Assembly: GCA_951406725.2 (NCBI GenBank)
Contig: OX597822.1
Location: 53,072,001 to 53,136,000, forward strand
Direction: 5' to 3'
DNA length: 64,000 nt
Source: Octopus vulgaris
Taxonomy: Eukaryota
Position numbers and translations under genes: made by a program. Under the pieces are notes generated by a model that searched no databases, was not told where the DNA came from, and saw only the letters and a program-made list of their open reading frames with translations. This document shows, one piece after another, positions 53,231 to 64,000 of this stretch; position 1 is the stretch's first letter; each line of letters begins with the position of its first letter.

Positions 53231-53445
53231 CCGCTGGATTTTTTCAAGTTTTGCCGTTAATTTTGCACTATGTAATGACTACAATTGAGAGCAATAATCT
53301 CGACGGTCGAGGACAAATGTCCCCTAGAGGATCATCATAATTTCCTGTCCTCTTAAAAACACGATTCAATCTGTGACTATACGACTAGCAGACAATTTTT
53401 TTAAATAACATTACAAATTTATATTGAACTAGGTAACTTATAACT

Positions 53446-53749
53446 CGCACTCCATCGGTAACGATGATGAAGGTTCCAGCTGATCTGATCAACGGAACAG
53501 CCTTCTCGTGAAATAAACGTGCAAGTGGCTGAGCACTCCGCAGACAGGCACATGAACTCTTAACGTAGTTCTCAAGGGGATTCAGCGTGATAGAGAATTA
53601 CAAGTAGTACTAATTTTTTTCCAGCTGAGTGGACAAGAGCAAAGTAAAATAAAGTGTCTTGCTCAAGGGTACAGGTGTCAGCGGGGGTTGAACTCACCAC
53701 CTCAAGATCGCGAGCCGAATATCGTAACCACTTAGCCACGCGCCTTCAT
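53446..53749 (-). mobile_element. SINE with different head and core but family B tail type 1
   Basis: TGAAGGCGCGTGGCTAAGTGG head, CCTTGAGCAAGACAC core, tail as at 13370-13510. Confidence 0.75.
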
Positions 53750-54925
53750 ACATAACTTCTAATTTCAGTATTTCTTGTGGACTTATATCTTTACTATCAA
53801 GTTTATATTTACGAACATTAGAATCTTTAATTCGTTCAATTTAATTTATTTGTGTATTTTTCTTTTTATTTTACGTCAATTAGTAAATTCAACAAATCTC
53901 AAATAAGCATACAAAATAAAAACTACCTCTACGCTTATAAACACGTACATAGACATATAAAAACAAACACACACATATATCAGAAATTAAATTTCTTTTA
54001 ACAAACTGTTATAGATGGTTAACTTTGTTTCCACATAAAACATTATATAAACTCAATTTTTTTAGAAAGTTATCACCTAAAAAGTGATTTTTATTGGGCC
54101 ATAATAACAAGCCATATTTTAAAACAACTCTCATTTACGCCCATTTAAACAAACACCTCACACACACACACTCACACACACGCACACACACAAAACACTC
54201 ACCCATATACACACATTTATAACACCATACTCAATGCAGCTTACACCTCAACTCATTGTAAGAAAAAAAAACTTTTTAGCTTTTATTTGAATTACCCATG
54301 TAACTAATTGATTGATTGCTTCTTCAGTTCATTTTCACACATGACCAATTACTGGCCTGTTTTCAGATATCTTTACATTAATATTTTTAATTCATTCACA
54401 CTGACTTTTATTTTTTATTTTACCTTTGTGTTCCTAATTTTTATCTCATATTACCCTTTATTTACTAATTTGGTTATACTTTAAATATTTTATATATTTC
54501 ATATACGTTTATTTTTTTAATTTTCCTTCCTCATATGTAACTTTTCTTAATCTGCCTGACTTCTGGTTTCAACCTTTAAATATGTTGTCTGGCCTTTTGA
54601 CTCGTTTATCAGCTAAAATATTAAAAGTTTTGTATTTATGGGTTATAAAATGTATGTAAATACTATTCACAAAAAATCGTTTTCCAATGAAGCTCTCCAG
54701 TCTGCTTATGTAAACTGAAACCTTTTAAGCTGCCAGGGAGAAACATAAAGTTCCGGGCAACATGAATTTTGCTATAATTTAAATATACACACACACTGTT
54801 TTGAGTTTTTTTTAATAACAATAAATGTTATGTTTTTTATTGTTAAAATTACTTTTAAATAGTCCCGATTTAACACACACATATAGACACACACGCATAC
54901 ACATACATATACATTTACAAACACA

Positions 54926-54954
<29 letters not shown>

Positions 54955-54956
<2 letters not shown>

Positions 54957-56190
54957 CATACCAAGGTATTGGAAATAAAGATAGAGTGACCCAAGAATAT
55001 TACACCATACTAAGAAAAATATGGCAATCTGGATTTTCCTTTTATAAAACAATATCCTACAATCCCAGTGCTGATTCCAACATTGGAGATACTCGACTGG
55101 TCTGTAGAAATCCACTCCATAGACATTAAAACCCACAAGATTCTAACATCAATTGGAAATCACCACAAAAATGGTGATATCGACAGGCTCTACCTAAGAA
55201 GAGTTGGAGAAGGTAGGAGCTTGAGATCAGTGAAGTCAGCTTTCACATATCGCATAGTCTCTCTTAGATAGCACTCGCTAAACAACAGCAGCAAAAATAA
55301 TACGTTAACTTAGTGCTGAAAAGTGAAGAAAATAATATCGTATATGTTGGAAGTGAGCTTCTCGAAAAGTACTCCCGAAGACTTGAAGAAGATAGTAATA
55401 GTGACATGAAGCGAAGCCTCTCTTGGATTCGTGAGCGCTACATCACGTCACAGAAGATTACTGCTAAATACCTAATCAACAAAAGAGACAGTGAAATCCC
55501 TGGAGTTTCAAGATGTAACTGTAAATGTAGATTGTCATATTTCTGTGGAAGAAATTACACATATGATTAGCAGCTGCACCAAATTTCATCAAGGTACTAT
55601 CTATCTATGGGACATGACGTTGTTTATCAAAAATAATACGTAATGCCATTCGGCAAAAAAGACTGTTCTGGAATAAATATAGAGAATAACCCAGTTATTG
55701 TAAGCCTACACAAATATCAGCACAAGGAATACTGGTGGAACATTCACATCAAAACATCTGACAAGTGTAAGTGTAACAGGCTGGATATTGTTGTTTGGGA
55801 CAGACAAGAAAAAACCTGTAGCGTCAAAGAGATCAGCTGTGCTGCTGATGTGAATATCTCTTTGAAAATGAAAGAGAAAGAAGATAACTATGGACAACGG
55901 ATTTGAAACCTTCAGCTTCTATATCCGGATTACAAGTTTACGTTTATAGCAATAATCATTGGAGCACTTGGTTTTGTAAGCAAATGCCTAACTGTCAGTC
56001 TGGGTAAGTTTGGATTTTCAGAAAAAGAAATCAACCGATTAGCACATTACAAATACAATCTGCAAACGGGGCAGTAGACCTATGCAATACTTTTCTCGGG
56101 TTTAAAATGTGAAACTGTATTTTTTTTTATCTACATTCCAAACATCTTTGAATCTTAGTTATAAACCAGCTCCTTCAACAAAGTAACAGT
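54955..56190 (+). mobile_element. Dong/R4-type LINE 3' part in (CATA)n
   Basis: DIDRLYLRRVGEGRSL, CCHC-finger relic, WWN..NRLDIVVWDRQEKTCSVKEISC..KEKEDNY (RLE). Confidence 0.85.
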
Positions 56191-57095
56191 CATGTACACA
56201 ACTTGGACGGACACATGCCAGTACACGGACATACGTTCACATACACATACACATGTACACACTCTCACAGACACGTCTGCCCATTCTCCTAGACACTCAC
56301 ATACATACGTAGCACATGAGTACAAACATACATACATACCTACGTATGGGCATACACACGTACATACGCACGTACATGTACGCACACACATACATGGGCA
56401 CATGCATACGTGCGCGTATACATACATACGCACATGCGTACGTATGTACATACACACATACATACACACATACATACATACATGCGCACATACATACATA
56501 CATACGCACAATAGTAAAACAAAAGTTCTGTGATATAGAGATAAAGATCTGATAATAGGTTTTAGGGTATAGTTTTGGGAGTAAGGGTCGTAAATCACTT
56601 CCAGGCTTCGGCCGGAGGAAGTTGAAATTTGATATTATTGTGATGAGTGGTCACTCTACATCTATCCATCGCTACAGGTTTATAGCTTTATGTTTATAGA
56701 GTGTATGTGCGTGCATATACACACACATACATATATACATACATACATACATACATACATACATACATACATACATACATGCATACACAGGCGTATGTAA
56801 GTACATGCATACGTACATACATACACACATGTATGCATACATACACACATACATACGTACATATATATGACGAACTAACTGTTACTTTCTCAGATGCAGC
56901 ACGGATTTTTGTCAGTGAACAGGTCGCGGATTTTAGCGACGAAAATATTTTGACAAATTAAACTTAAATGTTGAAGTGAATTGAACGGCTTTTGTGTGTT
57001 TCTTAAATGGCTTATAAACACCTTCCACGCTGCAATTGTTTTCGTTTCAGCACACGATCTCAGATCAAATTACTTGCTATGCGAGTACATCTCCG

Positions 57096-57140
<45 letters not shown>

Positions 57141-57210
57141 TGCGATCACAATTATCTCTGCAACGCATATGGACATCTATAAGCCATCATAGGGTTAAAT
57201 AACTCTCCGT

Positions 57211-57245
57211 TGTCTGATGATCGGCTACGTGAAACACTGATAGCA
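57211..57245 (+). ncRNA. Decayed hammerhead
   Basis: UGU CUGAUGA UCG GCUA CGU GAAAC ACUGA UA GCA; similar to 61842-61879. Confidence 0.45.
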
Positions 57246-57280
57246 TTTCTGAAGTCTTTTCAACATCATTAAAACACTAT

Positions 57281-57317
<37 letters not shown>

Positions 57318-58006
57318 TGTTCGTGTATGCGTGTGTGCATGTGTTTGTGTGTTCGTGTTTGTGTGTGTGTGTGAATATATATAAATGTATTTGAAAAATG
57401 TGTTCTTAAATTAAAAATTATAAATTATATTTAAAAAATTGTTTAATATACAGACTCAATAGGAATGCGTTTCTGTGCAAGCGCTTTCACCGATTTCAGG
57501 ATATCAAGCACACGTTTCTAAGGCATTACGCTGTGATTTCTCACTTGCTAATATTTCTTGCACGTTCTGGCTGCTTCTTTCCTACTTTTTTCATTTTTGC
57601 CTTTGCTGTTTATACCTTGCGTCTAGCATATCCTTAAGTGCTTCATTTAAATAACTTGACTTCAACTTGATGTATATAGATGCTGTCAGTAGACAGATCA
57701 ATCTAGACTACATAACAACGATAGCCAAATTCATCAATTTTGACATGCGTGGATGTACAAATTTCATGTGGGGACAACTGCTGGTTGAAGCAACAATCGG
57801 CTGCTGAGAGCCTTTTATGTGATACGCCAACCTTGCCAAAATACCTACGAAATATACTAAAATATATATAAAATTTGAGTAGACATTGGACAAGGCAGTC
57901 AGGCGTACACTTTACCACATATGGTCGTTCATTCTCTAATTAATAGTCAAAATTACTTTGTTTTGAATTTGTTTTACCAATTTTATTCTTTTCCTAGTTC
58001 CGTATA

Positions 58007-58054
<48 letters not shown>

Positions 58055-58115
58055 AAGCGAGAGACATTTTAAAAAATCTTAATTTACACATTATTCTAAT
58101 TACATATCATTTCAC

Positions 58116-58155
<40 letters not shown>

Positions 58156-58163
<8 letters not shown>

Positions 58164-58412
58164 ATGAGGGTGTCTAAAAGACACCAACATGCCGAAATAG
58201 CAGTCGAAACACTGACTATAGTACCACGTTAAATGTTCATATCGCACCATGGTGCGATATGAACATTTAACCTGGTACTATAGTCAGTGTTTCGACTGCT
58301 ATTTCGGCATGTTGGTGTCTTTTAGACACCCTCATTTTTAATTGTTAAAAAAAATTTTTTTACCTTTGTAAGGTATTTCTTTCATGCTGGCCACTTGATA
58401 ATTTCGACACTT
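58156..58412. mobile_element. Family X near-perfect palindrome plus extension
   Basis: 188-bp palindrome 58156-58343 centred on CCATGG; (TA)n flanks. Confidence 0.8.
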
Positions 58413-58428
58413 AAATATCGATATTATC

Positions 58429-58489
<61 letters not shown>

Positions 58490-58554
58490 GTTACAATATC
58501 ATAAATCAGGAGAAGAGCATACCCTATAAAATATAGAGCAGTTATGATTATATA

Positions 58555-58672
<118 letters not shown>

Positions 58673-59520
58673 CTATGCATACAGGTATGTATACATATAT
58701 TTAGATAGATAGATAGATAGATATGTATATCATAAATTCTTGTATACTTTACATACATGTGTTAGAGATCCCCACTGCAGTACCCACAGAGATAGATAAC
58801 ATTATCGATCGCCTGTAAACCGAATCGATATATTGACATACAGATTGAGTGTGAAGCAGACTTCTTTCCCATTTTAATGCACTGCTGTACACAAAAAGAA
58901 CGCATTGCCTTAGGTGTGTTATCAGTACTCTAGCAGTACACTAGCGATGGATCTAGTGGTTAGCTTACTGTTCACAGTTGGAGCATTTTCTGGTTATTAA
59001 AACAGCATTTTATAGTAAAATATTTGATTCATAAAAAAATATTTGCAAGGATAACTTAGTATATCTTGATTGACAGACACCTTTCCGAATATCTACTGTG
59101 CTATTTCCATTGTATCTTGCTGGTTCAGGGTGGTTGTTTTCTAACGGGAGTATTGATTTGTACTGCTCAGTATATCAGGGGCAATGTTACATGTGAAACA
59201 ACATTGAAGAAGATTGAAAAAAATCTGAAATCGAAGAATGAAAAAATATTTTTGACAAGAAGGCAGCAAATAGTTTTCTCTCTTGAACAAATCTTTGAAG
59301 TAGATTAACTTATATCGAATAAAAAAAAATCAAAGTTTTGCTGAAATGGTACTTTAGATATTATACAGAATACACAAATAGGACAAAGGTACCGAAAATT
59401 TTAAGCCAGTGCCACTTTTCAATGAAAAATATATTGCAAGCAATATTACTATTTCTCTTTTAGACGTTGTACTATAATAGAATGCCAAAAAGTCAAGTAT
59501 TTTCGGTTTTTTTTATGGAT

Positions 59521-61455
59521 TTAAAAGGGTTAATATAGGGCGTTACGATTATCAGAAAATCAAAAAAAAAATGTGTGTAATAGGTGTAAAACAACTTCCT
59601 ATGAACGAATATGAAAAAAAAAATTCGCGCACGCGAAAGGGGAGTGGGGGAGAGCCTCGGAAAATTCACATCGGGAAGTTCCGAAAGCGTCTGAGGGGCT
59701 GACTCGGGCACCAAAACAAAAATAAAATAGTGTAATATGTGTAAAACAACTTGCTCTAAACGAATATGACAAAAAAAATGCGTTCTCGCGAAAGAGGGGT
59801 GGGGGAGAGGCCTCGGAAAATTTATATCGGGAATTTCCGAAAGCGTCTGAACCGGGCACAAAAACAAAAACAGCGTAATAGGTGTAAAACAACTTGCTCT
59901 AAACGACTATCATGAAAAAAATGCGCGCTCGCGAAAGGGGGGTGCGGGAGAGGCTTCGAAATTTCACATCTTCAGTCCACGGCCTTTAAACTAAGAAAAA
60001 ATAGTGTAATTGGTGTAAAACTACTTGTTCTAAACGAGTATCAAGAACACACACTCACACATGAATCATAAACTCCGTATTTTTGTACATATTTCGCAAA
60101 AAAAATAATAAATAAAGAGAAGAAATTCTGGAAAAAGTGAAGAAATGTTGGATCTCATTCCTTGGTTAAAGCTATTTTAAACATTAAATTTATGCTTTTC
60201 TTTGAAATACTTCAGATATATGCAATTCTTCTCACTTATTAAGATGCATTTATCAGAAAAAAAGAGACAGAAAAAATTATTATTTTGTGTCAATCCTTCC
60301 CTAATTATCCTTTATTAATTAGTTTTGGCGTGTATTTTTTTCCCAAATTTATTTTTTCACCTTTACAACACTGTTTAGTAAAGCAATTAATTATCTTTAT
60401 AATTTGCATATTTGACTTATTAATCAAAATTCTCTAGATGTAATATATACTAAGTAATGCATCCTTCATTTATGTGTTCCGTTCTGTATTATGCATGCGT
60501 GACTGTTTGTATGTAAGTGTGTTTAACTGTGCACATGAATGTGAATATTAAAGAACATATTTATTTACTATGATTGTTATTTTCAGAACAAATAAATCTT
60601 TTGGCTGTTATGTTATTGATGTTATTATTATTGCTAGTTAAAGGGTGGTGACTTGGTTGAATATTTTGAGTCTTGTAGTATGTAGTTGTGTTAGTCAATA
60701 TTCTGAGTTCAAATCCAACTCATTTCTTTATCATCATTATCGATGAACCACTCAAAGAGGTATGTATACATTATCATTTTCGTAACATAATTTCTGTAGT
60801 ATTTCAAGATGTTTCTGACACGTATTTTGATTCACATGGCGGAGATCCAACATTTCACTTTTTCCAGAATTTCTTCTCTTTATTTTTTTTTTTTGCGAAA
60901 TATGATTTTATGATTCATGTGTGAGTGTGTGTTCTTGATACTCGTTTAGAACAAGTAGTTTTACACCAATTACACTATTTTTTCTTAGTTTAAAGGCCGT
61001 GGACTGAAGATGTGAAATTTCCGAAGCCTCTCCCGCACCCCCCTTTCGCGAGCGCGCATTTTTTTCATGATAGTCGTTTAGAGCAAGTTGTTTTACACCT
61101 ATTACGCTGTTTTTGTTTTTGTGCCCGGTTCAGACGCTTTCGGAAATTCCCGATATAAATTTTCCGAGGCCTCTCCCCCACCCCCTCTTTCGCGAGAGCG
61201 CATTTTTTTTGTCATATTCGTTTAGAGCAAGTTGTTTTACACATATTACACTATTTTTTTTTGTTTTGGTGCCCGGGTCAGCTCCTCAGACGCTTTCGGA
61301 ACTTCCCGATGTGAATTTTCCGAGGCCTCTCCCCACCCCCTTTCGCGTGCGCGAATTTTTTTTTTCATATTCGTTCATAGGAAGTTGTTTTACACCTATT
61401 ACACACATTTTTTTTTTGATTTTCTGATAATCGTAACGCCCTATATTAACCTTTA
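59521..61455. mobile_element. Foldback element with ~620-bp internally repetitive TIRs
   Basis: Arms 59521-60156 and 60842-61455; 130-155-bp subrepeats; TTAA-AGG-like termini. Confidence 0.8.
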
Positions 61456-61841
61456 AAAGTAAAGTTAGTCTAGGTATCGTTTGAAGCCAGACCATTTATA
61501 GCCAATCGTAACATTTTTGTCAAGAATCTTGCACCTCAAGCGTGTGCTTCTGAACTCGATGCGACCGTGTGACAGTTTGAGTAAGTGTCTTTTACCAAAG
61601 ACAAGAGTTAACCAGTATCTCGTAAGCTGAATTTGGTTAATAGAAACCGTGCTGTGCTGAATTCCATTTCATACACATTATTCATACACGTTTATTAATT
61701 TTTATAGATGTGTATAAGTGTATATATACGTGCATGCGTGTATACCTGTGCGTGAGAGTGTATGTGTGCGTAAGTATTGGTTTGTGCGTGTGTATATATA
61801 TATATATACTTCATTTAAAAGCAGCAGAAATTTAACAAAAG

Positions 61842-61879
61842 CTGTTACTCGGAGTTTCACGTTCCCGTTCGTCGGACAG
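61842..61879 (-). ncRNA. Type I hammerhead (U4C variant) in an inverted insertion ~61812-62040
   Basis: CUGU CCGACGA ACG GGAA CGU GAA ACU CCG AGU A ACAG; stem I extends UUAACAAAA/UUUUGUUAA. Confidence 0.65.
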
Positions 61880-62038
61880 TTTTGTTAAAATGGAACCGAG
61901 ATGACAATTCGATCTAAATTAGCATAAACGATATCGTTTTTGTAAAATTTCTGCTGCTTTTAAATAAAGCATATTACTCTACCGCTGGTATTTGGGTACT
62001 CTTCTTTTCACCTTGTTTCACATTTATGTGTTTACTCC

Positions 62039-62078
<40 letters not shown>

Positions 62079-62280
62079 GTATATATATGTTATCTTACCG
62101 TTTTATCAATATATATATATATAAAGTGTATATATATATATATAAAGTGCTAAGTGTAGATATTAGACCTTGATCTTAGCCATTAAGTTTTTGATTTAAC
62201 TTACAAAACAAAGTTCAGCAAATTCAGTCGTATTTTTCGTAATTCAACACTTTGAAATATATATATATATCTACGGATAT

Positions 62281-62732
62281 TCTTTTATTCTTTTACTTGT
62301 TTCGGTCATTTGAATGCGGCCGTGCTGGAGCATCGCCTTTAGTTGAGCAAATCTCAACTCCATGTCCCCCTACATGGCCTTGCTATTTGCTTTTGAGCCA
62401 AATTAACTAACTAACTAACTAACAAATCGAGCCCAGGACTAATTCTTTGTAAGCCTAGTACTTATTCTATCTGTCTTTTTGCCAAACCTCTAGGTAACGG
62501 GGACGTAAACGCACAAACATCGGTGTCAAGCGATGGTGATGGGTGGGGACAAACGCAGACACGCAAGTAACATACATATGTATACATACGACGGACTTCT
62601 ATCAGTTTCCGTCTATCGAGTCCTCTCACAAGGGTTCGTCGGCCCGAGGCTATAGTGCCCCGCAGTGGGAATGAACCCGGAAGGTGAGGCTGGAAGGCAA
62701 GCTTCTTACTACACAGCGACTCCTGCGCCTAC
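62281..62732 (-). mobile_element. Diverged SINE family A
   Basis: Reverse-complement match. Confidence 0.8.
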
Positions 62733-62733
62733 A

Positions 62734-62771
<38 letters not shown>

Positions 62772-63405
62772 GCGTGTGTGTGTGTATGTGTGAATGTATG
62801 TGTATGTATGTGTGTATGGAGATGCAGGTGTGTATGTGTGTTTGTGTGTTCATGCGTTTGTGAGTGTGTGTATGTGTAGGTATGTGTGTGTGGATGTACG
62901 TGTGTATGTGTGTATGTGATTATGTGGGAGCACACCGTCACAGCTGTGAAGTATGAATAAGGTGACCTCAGCTCGAAGGATTTACAAGGGTCATATTTTC
63001 ACAAGAACTCGACATTTTTTGACTCCTAAGGCATTCCATTTCTTTATTCCTGATAGACTAATCTCTTCTTCCTACCATTTTCAACTACATTTTGTCTTCT
63101 TACTCTTAAACTTTACCTTCCTTCTTCTTTCCTCTTGCTTTTCTTCATATTCTTTTTTCCTTCCACCACTTTCTTTTTCCTTTTTATTTTTTATTCCTTC
63201 TTTTTTTCACAGATGCTGCTATATTTACATTTTGTAATCTTTTATTATTTTTTATATCATTTTTTTTATATTAAGCTTTATATTCTTTTATTTTCTATCT
63301 TATATTTTCTATTAAATATTATACCCCTAAAAGCCATCTTTATTAATTTTTTCGAATATGCTACACGGTACCAAGAAGTTTTTTATTATTATATATACAT
63401 GCATG

Positions 63406-63444
<39 letters not shown>

Positions 63445-63480
63445 TGCATGTATATATACATGCATACAGACATATATGCG

Positions 63481-63535
<55 letters not shown>

Positions 63536-63569
63536 GCGTGTGTGTATACATATCTATACATACGTCGTG

Positions 63570-63775
63570 GCACACCTTCGGTTAATACGACGAGGGTTCC
63601 AGGTGATCCGATCAATGTAACAGCCTGCTCGTGAAATTAACGTGGTAGTGGCTGAGCACTCCACAGACACATGTACTCTTAATGAAGTTCTCGGGGAGAT
63701 TCAGCGTGAAACGATGTGCGACAAGGCTGGCCCTTTTGAAATACAGGTACAAGAGAAACAAGAAGAAAGAGTAAC
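63570..63775 (-). mobile_element. SINE family B tail type 1 fragment
   Basis: Matches 13310-13505. Confidence 0.8.
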
Positions 63776-64000
63776 TGTAAACATTATACTTAAAAAGAAA
63801 ATTATCCCCACAACAGCCATCTCTACTCATTTTTTCAAAAAAAAAAAAAATATATATATATATATATATGAATACATACATATATGCATATATGTATATA
63901 TACATGTACATATATATGTATATATATATATATAAATATACATACCTACAAACGTTCACATACATATATACATACGCACAAACACATACACATACATACA

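Noticed and set aside
58224-58234. CCACGTTAAAT resembling the pistol ribozyme
   Set aside because: No P1 partner or pseudoknot
59575-60050. Regular repeats as a CRISPR-like array
   Set aside because: Whole units repeat with no unique spacers; eukaryotic TIR subrepeats

Overview
AT-rich, microsatellite-saturated animal genomic DNA; the SINE/LINE repertoire points to Octopus (inference). Almost all ORF-track entries are microsatellite or transposon artefacts. One host gene was reconstructed by eye on the minus strand: ATG at 21293, a signal peptide, a WSC domain split over two exons, a linker with small exons and a Sushi-like end, and a second WSC domain that runs off the left edge. The rest is SINEs (three families), RTE, CR1 and Dong/R4 LINE relics, a TIR-bounded DD34E Tc1, mariner/maT/Tigger relics, Helitrons, a tRNA-Val head fused to a LINE-type tail, and a 1.9-kb foldback element. 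Many small Penelope-like inverted insertions in (TA)n carry hammerhead ribozymes. Main highlight: four copies in two repeat families hold all three hammerhead core strands in a reversed, non-circularly-permuted order, with covarying stems I and III. Two further hammerhead-less structured RNA motifs sit in the same insertion architecture. Structures and splice models were read by eye and are untested; repeat boundaries are approximate.
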